From contig OZ241830.1 in NCBI GenBank assembly GCA_965202585.1, positions 62,806,001 to 62,870,000 on the forward strand: a stretch of DNA of 64,000 nucleotides. The letters are read 5' to 3'. Below are positions 1 through 17,335 of the stretch, piece after piece. This DNA is from Thalia democratica. Taxonomy: Eukaryota. A program made the translations under genes and the position numbers. The notes under the pieces are model-generated. The model was not told the DNA's origin. It ran no database searches and saw only the letters and a list, made by a program, of their open reading frames with translations. Position 1 is the first letter of the stretch, and each line of letters starts with the position of its first letter.

Positions 1-772
1 CAATAAAAAAAAAACATTTTGCAACAGTTATAGATTATATGAATGTGTAACTGTTCATTTAGCAATTTTTTTTTAATAAGCAGCATAAATTCTAAAGCTA
101 AGTTAGTCTATGACAAACTATTAAAAAAGACAAACTTGATTTTAGTCTAACGTTGAGAAACTATATCTATAATTTTTATTTCACACTACCAAGTTTTATT
201 TAATTTTTTTTTTGTTTAAAAAATTATAAGTATTAAGATTATTGTAAACGTGTTCTTTTGTTCATTCTAATTTTTAAACAAACATATGTCGAGTACAAAA
301 AAGGCTTGGCTACTTAGTTTTTATAAATATTTATCATTATTGCTGAATATACTAAGTTAACAATAATATTTTACTGACAGAATATGAACAAACGAAAACA
401 ACTCAATAGTTTTTATAAAGCTATTTTATCATTATAAAGTGAAAGTAAACTAGATTAAAAATTAAATAATATACTTAGTAGTTTATAGTTTAAATGTAAG
501 ATTTCTATTTTTACTGAATATAACATTACTTACCTTAGTTCGGGATTTTCCACAAGTTGTTTCTGTAAAATAATATAAATTTTAAACAAAAGCACCAATT
601 GGTACGTAAGCTATTCTCCTTAATTATAAAACAGTTTTTTTTCAAATTTTTACCAATAATTTGTTTAGATGTTTGTTCTTTAATTTTCTATTGATTTTTT
701 TTAGATTTCAGTTTGTTACTACTAGCTTTAGAAAATATCTTAAAGTTATAAGTTAAAAACAAAAAGTTTTTA

Positions 773-2150
<1,378 letters not shown>

Positions 2151-3322
2151 CTAAATTGAGTATAAAGTTGAAATTAACTTGTTGAAATTAAATAGCAAAC
2201 TAGTTTTTAAAGTAATTACGAGTTGCTAATTATGGCACACTGTGAGCCGTAGCAGTTCAAATTTTTTTTTTTCAAAAACCTTTGTCAATATAGCCGAGAT
2301 TCTTGTGCATTTTAAGCTTAAAATCTAATTTACAAACTCTATTTTGACAAAAGTTGGCGCAAGATGATTAAAATGGTAATAGTTTAACCAAATTTTGTTA
2401 TTTTGAAAGATTGAAAATTAACTGTCAACAAAAAGAAATTTTAAAGCATATCATTGCAAAATACAACTTTATGGTCGAGAATTACTATTTTTTACTTTAT
2501 TTATGCTAGATACGTAGTGTTTGGTTGTATTACTTTATTAAATCTATTTCTACTTCAATAAAAAAAGCATTGTCCAAAATTTGTAGATTATATAAATGTG
2601 TAATTGTTCATTTAGAAATAATTTTTTAATAAGCAGCATAAATTCTGAAGTTAAGTTTGTCTATGACAAACTCTTAAAAAAGACAAACTTGATTTTAGTC
2701 TAACGTTGAGAAACTATATCTATAATTTTTATTTTACATTACCAAGTTTCATTTAATTTTTTTTTTGTTCAAATATTATAAAAATTAAGATATATGTAAG
2801 CTTGTTCTTTCAATCATTCTAATTTATAAACAAACATATTTCAAGTACAAAAATGGCTTGGTTACTTAGTTTTTATAAATATCTATCTTTATTGCTGATT
2901 CTACTAAGTTATCAATAGTATTTACTGACAGAATATGAACAAACGAAAACAATTAAATAGTTTTTACAAAGCTATTTTATCATTATAAAGTGAAAGTAAA
3001 CTAATTTTAAGAATAAAAAGTATACTTAGTTGTTTGAAGTTTGAACCTAAGTTTTTTTTTTTACTGAGTATAACATTACTTACCTTAGTTCGGGATTTTC
3101 CACAAGTTGTTTCTGTAAAATAATATAAATTTTAAACAAAAGCACCAATTGGTACGTAAGCTATTCTCCTTAAATATAAAACAGCATTTTATCAAACTTT
3201 TACCAATAATTTGTTTAAATGTTCGTTTTTTAATATTCTACTGAATTTTTTTAGTTTTCAGTTTATTACTACTAACTTTAGAAAATATCCTAAAGTAATA
3301 AATTAAGAATAAAAAGTTTTTA

Positions 3323-5191
<1,869 letters not shown>

Positions 5192-8100
5192 TTTATTTTT
5201 GATATAAGTAGTCTGTCAAATACTACAGTTATTTAATAAAAAGTTCTGTAATAATTATGTTTAAACTTTACAACAAGTTAAAGCAAAATATTTTGTAAAA
5301 TATTATATGTTTTAAATTCAACAACATGTTTAACTTGAGAAAACCTAAAGTATTAAAACCTTTCGTCGATTGATTGCATTCGATTAAATTCAAATCTGCT
5401 TAGCAATTGCGGTTTTAATTTAGTAGTGTCAATAGCAATTTCAAGTCTTATATACTTCAAAATATGATTCATCCTTGTCGTTTCTAGCATGTTCATTTAC
5501 GTGCAAACACGCTTGCACTACAATAACGAAATGATTAATTCTAGTTTAAATATAAGTAAAATGAAAAATTTAACTTAACTAACTTTGGTGTAATTTAAAA
5601 GTATTATTGAGTTAAGCTTGTTGTGAGAAACACATCAATGTTTTTGTGAGCTTCTTAACTATGAAGGTTATGTATAAACCAAAAAGCATTTTCTTAAGTA
5701 ACCTTCTTAACTACATAAACCAAAAAGCATTTTCTTGTAGTTAACCATCTGTACTTTATTTTCCTTTTTATTAAGTTACCAAAGTTGCGTTAAAGTTAAA
5801 GTTAAAGTTGAATGCTCCAAACCTGTAGTTTAACTTTGTCTACTTTATAATAATTAAAAACACGATTAAAAAAGTGATTAGCAAATAGTACTTTTAATTA
5901 AAACAAACTGTTTCCGTTCAAGGCATTTTATCTAAAATTTTTGTTGCTCGTGAGGCAAACATAAAAAAATCAGAATATTAACCACTAAGATAGTAAAAAA
6001 CATATACTAAAAGCAAAATTGAGATGAAGTTGAACAACTTTCTGCATATTGTTGTATACAAACTTATTCTTAAGTCATACAAAAAGTACATACTCTTTAC
6101 TTTTAATTATTTTTTCACATTTCATAAATATATAATTTGTAGTTAACATTTTAATGAATTAAAAACCATAAAATATGTTGAAACAAAATGTTAGTAAAAT
6201 CTCTAGCTTTTCTTAAACCAGATTATTGTCCTTTGCATAGAAGTTTTCACATCTGTCTTGAGTGATATACTGGGAAAAACTATTTTAGATTTTTAACTGT
6301 ACTCTTCTTAAAAACTTTATACTCAAAAGATAACAGTTGTTAAGAAATGATTTGGATTATTTAGTTAGACTGTAAAACAGTTAATCATACGTCACATTAA
6401 CAAGTTAAAGCTTACTGTTGATTTTCAATCTAAAATGACAACAAATAAGTAGTTTTTTTGCTTATAAAATTGGCAAAAAATGTACAGAGTACTCATAAAT
6501 AATTCACACTATAGTTTTTTAAGGATCTTTCTAACCATGTAGGGTTTTTCATATCAAATTTGATATACACTTTCAACTTCCATAACAGTTGTTATTTTTC
6601 CAAACGAAGTTGAAAACCATACTTAAATGACTTAATAGTTCGTAAGAAACAAATTTAATGGGTGTGTGAGCTTTTGAAAGAATATAAAAATTATGTTCCC
6701 ACTTGCATAGATTTAATATCTATATAAACATTTATTGTTTTTTTTAGTATTGACAAACGTAGCTAAGTTCAAGCTTAATTCTACCATAAGTTCACACATG
6801 TTGTATACATCAAAAAATTAACAGCTTTTTTTGTTTTTCAATGAAATTAGAAATATTTAATATGCTAGTTTACTTAAATAACAAAAATATGAAAATAAGC
6901 TAGTTTTTTACAAAATCTTCAAATCAACTTGTTTTAGGAGAGAAGAAACAACATGGTAACAATAGAGTGCATAATTGAAATTTTAATTATTAAGTCTAAG
7001 GTTTTTTCTTGACAAAATCAAATAAATATCTTACTAATTTCTTAGATACCTAAAAGCTGTGTAGTATAGAGGTTAGCAACGTGTATTGAATTTCATCACG
7101 ACTCGTGCAAGTCTAAGAATTTAGGTTTTCAATAAAATACATTTTAAATTTGTTCTTCAGTGTAAGTAATGATTTGGCCTTTAAAAGTTTGCTTTTAATA
7201 GATTTTAACTTATTTTAGTAAAACCGATACGCAAAAAAACTTTCTGGTAAATTTTGCACCCTAACTAGAGAAGGTGCTTACGGCTTATTAGCACGTTGTA
7301 AACTTTATACAAAACAGTAATTAAAAACAAAACTGAGTTTTACTAAAACAACCATTATTAAAGAGATACTTTCAAAGTAGCATAACATAACAATATGTTT
7401 TTTTAGAATACCATTTTAATGTAAAAAGGAGTAGGATAGTCGAAAACTAATATTCAGTAGACGTTTCTACAAAATTGATTAGAAACTGTTTAAATTTAAT
7501 TAATTTAACAGCCACTTAATAGCTTAAAAGTTGGTATTAAAGACATTTAAGTCATTTAAGATATTCTAGTTATTGTTTTGCATTTTTTAATAATACTTTT
7601 GCTGTTATTTACTTAACACATGGTAATACTTTTGTTACATTTTCAGGTTTATTCCTCAGCTTTATATATTTTTTTGCCTTTTACATTCTTTAGCACAAAA
7701 AAACAAAACTTTTGTTAAATTTGTTATAACTTGATAAGTATGTATTTGCTGTGCTTTATTTCGTAACAAATCCTTACGTGTCAGTAAAAGCGTAAACAGA
7801 TTAAATCATTTCCTCAACGTGTACCAATACGTTACTTTTGTTACGAAAAGTTGTTAAGTAACATGTATGTAAAACATACAAACTTTGACATAGTAACCAT
7901 TTGCATATAAGATTTAGAAAAATAACATTCACAAGTTTTTTTCAAATAACTAAACTTTGAGTCTTACTAAAACAACCATTTTTTAGATTTTTTACATTAA
8001 GGTGCAACCCATTTTAATAGTAAGTACTTTTTTAAATTGTACACAGCATAAATTAAAAGTTTCCATTTATTTGAAATATTTGCTTTTCTACATAGTTCAG

Positions 8101-10127
8101 CAAACTTTATCGAAAAACCTTGAATAACTTTTATTAATTAGGATTCGAGAGTTTTTTAAGTTTCTAAAAAATGATTTGAAAACAAAGCAAATTACTAGTA
8201 TTTGAAAATCTTTATTAGTATAAAAATTTGCTTTAGTAATTAAAGCTTAGAAAAATTAAACTAGTTTCAAAAATGTTTTTGCTAAATAAAATAAATAGAA
8301 AAAAGATACATTAATAAGTTAGAAATTATAAAAGTCCTCAGTTAAAACAATAAAACAAACAGATCTTTTAACTTATGGACAACTTATTATGGACAAAAAG
8401 ATATATATTTTTTTAGACAAATTATCAAAGTTATAATTTTATTGTCCCAAAAAATTTATGTGTGCATTAATGTAATGATTTTAGACAATATATGACATAC
8501 TACATGGTATATTTTTAGTTTATATATTTAAACATTTTATTTTGAAAAATTTAAGTATGTGCTTTTATTTTATAAACTATAACTGTTTTTTTTAGAAAGT
8601 TGTTTCGTTAATCACTGAAGCTTAAACTTAAGCTCTAAAAGCTCTGAAGTACAAAGGAACTTTGAATTGTAAGTTAACAACATTTTTTTTATGATCAAAA
8701 AGATCTTTAAAAAGTAACAAGTAAAAAAAAACTTAAAAAATTAACTTATTGCTGATTTTTTTTTTAATTTATTAAATAAACATTAACAAAACAAAGTCTA
8801 CTGTTTGTGTGTTTAAAACTATTGCATTAATTAACTGTTATGCCGTAACCTTATTTTTTTAACGTTATCTATTAAACATAGCAAACAGTCAAAAAGTTTA
8901 CCGTTTTATATTGCTTCTCAGAAAAAACAATACAGTATTTCCTTATAAAAACTATTTTTAATAATAAACTAGATTTCGTTTTTGTTGAAAAACTTCAATT
9001 GAAAAAACTGCTAATACAGTCTTTGTTTATATATATTATACTTGAGTTGTAAAATCAACTTACAGTTTCATTTGTTTAAAATAATTGTTCAATGTTATAA
9101 GTATACTTATTACGGAACTGACAGTGTGGAGAGGTGGTATAGTTTTAAAAGTAACAAAATTAATTAAGTTTAAGCGATTTCGGAAATTATTAAGAAAGTA
9201 TCCAAGTATTGTCAAATAAAATGTAAAAGTATATGAAGCTCTTTTTTTTGACGTTTTATGTATATAAGCTGGTTAAGTTTAAATTGTGGTTTTTGTATTA
9301 TTTAAAAATTAGCCATAAATGTTTTAATACAAACTTTTAAAACAAGATTTTATAGTCCAGTAACATTGTTTTCCTAAGTGTAAAGTTTTTGATTAGTATG
9401 AAAGCTTTAGAGAAAAACATAACCTGAAGTTAGTTAGTACATCGGTAAATTGAAACTAACTCTTATGTAATCATGTAAATAAAAGTTAGATACTAAATAC
9501 AGTTACAAATCTTTAAAACGTTTATTTTCAACTTTTGTGTTTAAAGTTTATAACCTATAACTTTATTGAGATTTAGGACAACTTTTACGTTACTAACTTT
9601 AATTAAATTAATAACGATTACAAAACAAAAAAATAAAAGTTCAGCTAAATACTGTATTTTAAAACGTTTAAAAAGGTAACAAAAAATTTGTATATTTAGA
9701 ACCGTTCAAAGTGTTTTAAAATTAAACAATTAATTAAAAGTTTAGCTATTCAAACATGTTTTACGCATAGTTATAAAAAAACATAAAAAACTAAAATAAT
9801 GAGTAATCTTTGTTAATGCAATATTGAAATAAACTTTTATATGCTGCTAAAAATCGTCAAGAGTTGAAATTTATATATTTTGAAAAGCTTATGTAAAATA
9901 TAAACAGCTGCAGTCAAAGAAAGTGGAAATAAGCTTGTTATAATGTATTGATTTTTTTTACTTGTCATGTTCAATTTATGCTACTACGGCAAAATAGTTT
10001 TTAATACAAAAAAAAAAAATCAAAAGCAAAACTTGGTATTAAACAAAACTGTTATCAAACAAACTTGAATATTGTAGATCAACAAAAAGCTGTTAAAAGA
10101 TTGCAAGTTAACTTAGTTACAGTTATT

Positions 10128-12681
10128 TTATATTTTTTCTTCTGTCGTTGAACTTTCTCCTTCACATTTCTCGAACAACGAGTCGAAATACTGTTCCTGA
10201 ATTCTCATACTATGAATATGCTCCAACTGTTTTCTTCGTTTTCTTAATTTAATAAGTTTATTTTTTCCTATGTTATCATATATATTAGGTAAAATTCGAT
10301 ATAAAAAGCAATTCCATTAGTTTATTAATAGCTTCCAAATGTAATTTATATGTGAAAAAAAGGAACGTTTTAAAACCATTATAGTTTTGTTTTCAGCTTC
10401 TTTGCTATAAGTGCTAAGTGTGCTAACGTGCAGAACTTAAAATATCAACAAACAAACTTCAGGTCAGTGGCAAGCATAGAAGTTTCGTATCTGGGGGTTT
10501 TCCCACAATCGTGCAACGCGCAAGTTTCAGGGAGGGGACAGTTGTCTGGCAGGCTGCTGTACCTCTTGTTGAGTTTGGGAGGTCGCCTCCTGGGTTCCTC
10601 GGCAACCGTGGCTGTGAATAGGGTTTGTGAAAATATAATGATACAGTTGCACCACCGCTGAACTATTAATGTAATTAAAGTTGTTTGTGTATTTGAATAT
10701 TTTTTTAATGTCGAAATAGGTGTGTATTTACAAAACAATTTTATGTTTTTTTGTATTAAAAAGCGTGATTAAACCACAAAATATTTATTTTCGTCATATT
10801 ATTTTTTTTTTAGCTACTATGAATAATTAAAAACTAACTAAATCATACAAGCAGTTGTGTATTTTTTACACCAAATACTAAAACTCTAAGATTACACAAA
10901 TAAAACTACTTATGCACTTACAAAAAAATATCATGAAAATATATAAACTTGCTTAATCCTGAAAGTGTTTGTTGAATTTATAAAAGTTATTTTAGTAATA
11001 TCGTTTTCTTATTATAACTAGATTAAAGCTGCATATTAAAAAAGTTCAGTATAGTTAACGCTTAAAAAAATTGCTTTTGTTTAGTGGTTTGTTAACACCA
11101 CACAAAATAATTTTGTAAACACCATTTTAAATTGTATTAGTAAAATTTTTCTTAATAGGTTTAACGTTTTAAAAAAACATTGTACAAAGTTTTTGTAAAG
11201 GTTAAAAGCTTTAAACAGAAAATATCAATCTTACATCAAGAAACAATCTTTGAAAAGTTATTAAAGAATTTTATATTGACTAGATACAACTCATTGTTTA
11301 TTAATGTTGATAAAACCAATTAAAGTCAACGCGTTCTAAAACGTAGCTAGATGCCAGCAACAATTTTACAGATAAAAACATATATAAATATTTAATAATT
11401 TGTTTTTAAGTTTAACTTTTACCTTTAATTGAAGCTTGTTAAAGACTTGAACACTTTCCAGCTTACAAAATTCAAAATATTAATGAATTTAGAATGTTCC
11501 AGACAAAAAAAAACTTTGGAAAATTGTTAATTTTAAACAAAACTGTTATAAACCATAGAAACATAAAAAAAAAATCCTAGCAATGGTTTTTGATAACATA
11601 TCCATAACGTTTTGTATATTTTAGCCTAAATTAGGTTGAAGTTAGACCAATACACAGTAATATTGCAAAACAAAACTAAAAAAGTATTTTAAACTATTAT
11701 TGCTTTAGTTAACTAAAAGGTTTAGGTACCTTATTTCAAAGGCTTCTTAGGTACCTTGCCAAAAGTTTTACTAATTAAAAGAAATTAACTAACAAGCCTT
11801 TAAATTTGTTTTTTTATTCCGATGAGTTTTCAAACAACTTAAATCATAATGTACTTTCCTTACGTTAAAACACATTTAAAACTTGGGTTAATGCCATAAG
11901 ATGTTTTATCGAACTAAAAATAAAATTATGACATCGCATGTTTATGGTTTGAACTTAACTTTAAAGATAAAAAACTCCAGTTTTTAAATTACAACGCATT
12001 ACTTCATTAAAAAAGCCAATAAAACTACAAATAAAATTCAATTTCTATAATTTTTAGGAATACATAATGAGTTACAAATAATAAAATACATCCAATTTTT
12101 TTGCATATGTGTAATCTAGTTTTACAAAATAAAACTTTTTTTCTGAGTAAGATTTATTTAAAGTAATTAAAAGTTGGTCAGCTTTTGCCTTCACACTGCT
12201 GGCGAGCAAACATAACTGGCTCATCTATGAATTATTTATTTCTGATAGGGTTTAAAAATCCATTACGACAACTTTTTAGCTTTGTTCACTCCAACGGGGC
12301 ATGTATTATTTTTTGCGTTTAAAGTTTTTTGACAAAATAAATACAATTTCAATCATTGTGTGTAACAACTGATTTTTTTTTTACCGAACTCAATTTTGAA
12401 ATTTAATGAAAATATTTTATTTCATATATACGTAAAAAAATATTTTAAAGCAAACTAATTTTATTAACACTTATTAACTGTCAAGTTTTTTTTTCCGAAA
12501 TTCTATGTTCACATATTTTTTACATACTTTCTAGTAGCACTAGTAACAACAAAATTACCTAGAGGAGAATCTGACATGAGGGACATGTGGAAAGGGGAGG
12601 CACCTTTTCTGAAATCGGATTCAGATTGGGATCCGGATTCGATCCAGCAACTCAGGGACGTCACCTCTCCGTCGTCTTCTT
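10128..12681 (-). CDS. 3' part of an unidentified gene (at least 3 exons; low-complexity Ser/Pro/Glu/Arg-rich protein)
   Basis: GC-elevated exons 12681-12559 (EEDDGEVTSLSCWIESGSQSESDFRKG...SDSPL), 10611-10458 (ATVAEEPRRRPPKLNKRYSSLPDNCPLPETCALHDCGK...) and 10242-10128 (KRRKQLEHIHSMRIQEQYFDSLFEKCEGESSTTEEKI-stop) join in phase with canonical splice sites. A possible upstream exon lies at about 13283-13241 (FYLHGIGSRITKAS). Start not found; no family recognised. Confidence 0.7.
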
Positions 12682-15600
12682 CTGTTTACGGATGAAAAAA
12701 ATAAGTGTTAATTTTATTTTTAATTTTAAAACAAATCATTATATTAAAACTTGAATTTTTTAGTTAACTTAAAGTCCAATAATTAGTTTATTGTTAAATT
12801 AAAAATAAATCAACTTGAATTTCACTGAAAAAAACGATCTGTTTGATTACTTTTAGATTTTTTTAGCATGACGTTTTTAAACCTAGAAATAAAATTTGAT
12901 CAAAACCAAACTAACCGATGTAATTATTTTCTATGGTTTGTGTGTCTTGGTAAAATGTAGTTAAAAATTGTTTTGATTCAGTGCTTAAGTGCAGTTTCTG
13001 CGTGTTGTCAATGCTAAAAAAACAACAGATAATATTTTAGTTTTATTCAAATAAAAAATGCCATTAACAAGAATTTAAAAGTTAAAAAGATGAATACTTT
13101 TACGTCAGTGTAATAGTAAAATTGTTTGGTTTTAATAAGTATAAACAGTATAGTAAGACTTTTTCTAACTTGAAGGTTTTTGTTAATATTTTTACAGTAT
13201 AGTAGTAGGAAAAACTTTTAGCTTTAATGAAAAAAAACCTGACGCTTTTGTTATTCTTGAACCAATTCCGTGCAGGTAGAACTGAAAAAATAGTCTAGTG
13301 GTTAATCATACAATCTTAACGTTAATATTTCTAATTATGATTACTAAAAATTGAAAAGAGGTTTTTTTAAGTTATAACATAAAAATTAAAGTGAAATAAA
13401 ACAAAGATTAGCTCATTAGAGACTCAAGAGTATAAACGTCGGTTTAATGTTTTAAGTTATTGTCAAGGGACCAATACTTTCAAAGTGTGTCAACTTAAAT
13501 CTACTTTACTAAAAATCCTCTTACTACCTTTACTACCTCTTAGTTGTTAATTCTATAACGTTATGTTCTACATTTAAAAGTTTGACATCTTTAAAAAAGA
13601 ACTCTCTAGTTGAACTTATGAACACAAATGTTAAATATTTTAGATGTTAACATTTTGTCAAATGTTAGACTTAAATCGCAATACGAATGTGTAATACGCA
13701 ATACCATCTAACATCGAATCAGATATAAAACAAACCGATTATATGCGTATTGGACCAACAATACGCAAATTAGAACATTTATACACATTTTGTCATATTT
13801 GTGCTATTTTTAGGTGAAGTTCATCTACTGTCAATCAAACTCATGCAGAAATGACAAACAAGCAGAACCTTTCTTTATTAATTAAGTCGGCTGCAAGTTT
13901 CACCGCGACTTAAAAGCTTGCTAATCAATTAAACAAATTAAAATACCAACTTTGCAAAACACGCTGGTTCAGCGATTTAAATCTTTGTAATATTTAGAAA
14001 TATCGCAGGTATTGTGATCATAAATTTTGTTTATTAATTTACATTTTTTTGATCGTATAACTGTTCTATCGCCTTTTAAAGTTTACTACTAAGTTATACT
14101 ACATGCAACCTTATATTTAAATAGCAGTAAATATTTTAAACTGTTTTGTTTTTACAGTTTAATTTTAATCTAAAACGTAAGTGTAGAAAATTATCTAAAA
14201 ATTACTGGTTTGCTTACAGATACAACACAAAAATATACTTTCTTTATTTTTAGGTGTACAAACTACAATAACTTTTGCTATAGTTGTGTGGCGCATATGT
14301 TTTTTTTACTTATTTACTTTTAATACAAGTGACTTTTTGTAAGCTTTAAACTTTTGGTGACTTACTTTATAAAAGAAAACCATATATATTATAATATTTT
14401 GGTCCTTAGCACTAATTAAATTTAGTTAAACTAGAAATTATCTAATATGTAAAAAACTAACTTAGTATGACTTACGAAAACAGTTCAAATGAAAAAACAG
14501 TTTTAAATTATGCTTTAAATACTAAGTAGATAATTTCTAAAAACAAAAATAAAACCTTTCGTCATAGTTCAAGTCGAGTTTTATTTGTGCGAGACAGCTG
14601 TTTTTCCCTGTTTTATTTAAACTTTTGACACCATGCGTTGCTAGGTTAAATTGTAATCTTATTTTTACGTGCCTCTAAAGTAAACCTACAAGTAAAGATT
14701 TGAAGCGCATGATAAAGTTTAAAACTACATAGACAAGTTTACCTTTTTTAAACAAAGTAGTAATTAGTTTTATTTTCTAAACAGTTTATGCGAACTATTA
14801 GTTTTAAAATATTTAATAAAACAATGATTGAAAAGTGCAAACATCAAACTAATAATACTTACAAAGCATCTTTTTTGTCAAAAATTAAAAAAAAAAAGTT
14901 AAACAGATAGAAATCAAGCATTCTTTTACGAATAAATCAATTTTTTGTATTTTTAATTTAATGAAATAAGAGCCATAACTATCAACATAATCAAATAGAC
15001 TTGGCTATAACAACGTTTTCTTTATTACTAACAAATCAAAACTTATTTCAAACTAGTTTGTATCACAAAGAAAGTTTGTACAAATTTATGCCTAATGCAA
15101 TTTAGTGCTCTGCTTTCTCTGCCGCTAGTGAAATTACATGGAAAAAAGGAAAGACGTAACTTTTATTTTTTCTTTCTCTTATGTGTAGTCAACTATTTTT
15201 CTTTGTTAAAATGCGCAGTTTTAAAACTAAAGTTTTGAATAGTTTAAACAAAGTATATGTAAAGCTCATGAATAAAATTTTAAACACGTTATACTTAGTA
15301 CTGTTTATAATTTTATGTTTTCTTCGACGTTCGAGGTACTTATACAATTTGTTGATGAGATTATTTAGATTCTACTGAAAAAATGAAGGAGTTTAAAAAA
15401 ATCAAAGCAACATTTATTTTGAAAAGATGTACAAGTCTTTGTATTCTCATACTATTATAGTTATCTTTATTATATAAAAAATTAGTTATTAAAAACACAA
15501 ATATGACTTAATACTTTATAAAACATATTAAAAGGAATAGAAAACTTAGAGTTTAGTTCAGATTTTGTGAAAACGTTTCAATTTTGTGCACCATTAGCAA

Positions 15601-17335
15601 CTTATAAGAAAAATTAACGTAAAAAAAAACACTAACAATGCATGTTTTACCTTCAAGTTTGTAACAAACTAAAAAATAACTTTAGGTAAATTTTAAATAC
15701 AAGCAAACTTGTTTCGCAAATTTAAAGTCATTCGAATATTTTTTTCTAATGGTTTCAGTTTAAGCTTGGAGTTATTTTGTAGAAGTTTTGTAATTATACC
15801 AAGTTTTAGTTAAAGTTTTATGCATTTTATGTTTATTCTAGTTACGGTGTACGAATGATAGGTAGGATAGCTTCAGGTTCTTCGGAGTGCATCTGACTTT
15901 TTTAACTATATTCTAAATTGAACCATCAACTTGTTAAAATAACGAAATTCAAGGTTAAAAATAATAAAAAAGGTTTAGGAAATAGAATCCTATTTTATTT
16001 CTCACTAAAGATTTTGCTTAAATAGTTTTAAAATTATCTTTGTTACTTATTAAATACTTCAAAAAAATAAATGCATTGTTAATTTGATAAGAAAAGTGTA
16101 GAAACAAATATAACTTTGTTATTTGCAAAAAGATTTAAAAAAATATTTTACAGCAGTAAAACATTAAACTTTAATAAAAAGTTAAACAAATTTATTATCT
16201 GCAATGTTAGAAAGGTTAAGTAGAAACTGTACTTTTGAAACTTTGATGTTTCGGACAACAAAACTTCTACTTTTCTTTACAACATTGTGAGAAATTTTTT
16301 GTAACTTATCTGCTTTTGTTTTTAAAAGTTTTCTTTTTATTTATTTTTTTTTCTTATTTTATTTTTAAAATAATCTAAGTGTGAAGTTTTATTTTTTCGC
16401 TAAAAACTAACAGAATATAACATAGTTTCATACTATAAGTAGCATTTACAATAATAATCGATATTTTCCGAAAACTATACAACTAAATTTTTAACCGCTT
16501 TTTTTAAGAACATTTTTTTAACTGTTTGTCTTACTTATAACGAATATTAGATAATAAATATCAAAACAACAGTATCTTATATCTAAGATAAAAAATAGTT
16601 AAAAGTTGTTAGAAATAAAGAAAACTTTAAGTATTAAAAATGATAAAACTATCAAGTTACTAAAATTATTTGTGAGTAACTTTAGTTTATCATTAATTTT
16701 AAGGGAACAAATAAAAATATTTTAATTAAAAAAATCTAAACACATTAAATAATCAAACTTTAATGTTTAATATATTTGAATAAAGCTTTAGAAAACTACT
16801 GTTTCGTATGGTTGTCTGTTTTTAATCAAATAAATAGCATAAAAATGAAAAAGTGTCTAAAGAAAAATTTTATAGAACCAAAAAAGGAATGTTAAAAACT
16901 AAAGCTTTCTTATCTTTGAAAAAAAACCTATTTAATAGTTAGAAACTAATATTTGCACACAGTTTTTTCTTTGTCTTTTTTCATTAAAAAAAAAAAAGAA
17001 ATAACAAACTACCAGTAAAAAAAACTTATTTTTAATGAGTTAATTCTATTTAGCAACTTACTTAAAATATACTCCTAAACTGCTTAGTAATCTATTCAGT
17101 AAAGACTAAAATTCTGTTAAAAGAAATATCAGTAATTAAAATAGAATATAATGAAAACACAAAAGCAGCTAGTTTTCATCTGAAAATATAAAGATAAAAC
17201 AAGGAGACTGAGTTATAAACTGTTAATACAATTTTGAAATAAAAGTTCTGTTGCTAACATAAAATTTTGATAAAAATTATAAAAGTAGATGTCAAGTAAA
17301 ATCGTCCAATGATATTTCAAAGCGTATTATGTCCG

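Noticed and set aside
2235-2350. Possible transposon end at the trypsin duplication breakpoint (cacactgtgagcc...)
   Set aside because: No partner TIR or TSD found; cannot be supported without a repeat search.
5652-5736. Local direct repeat containing ataaaccaaaaagcattttctt twice
   Set aside because: A simple small tandem duplication with no further structure.
7056-7115. tRNA-like start gctgtgtagtatagaggttagca
   Set aside because: A-box-like 5' part only; no T-arm/B-box or acceptor-stem pairing. At most a decayed SINE head.
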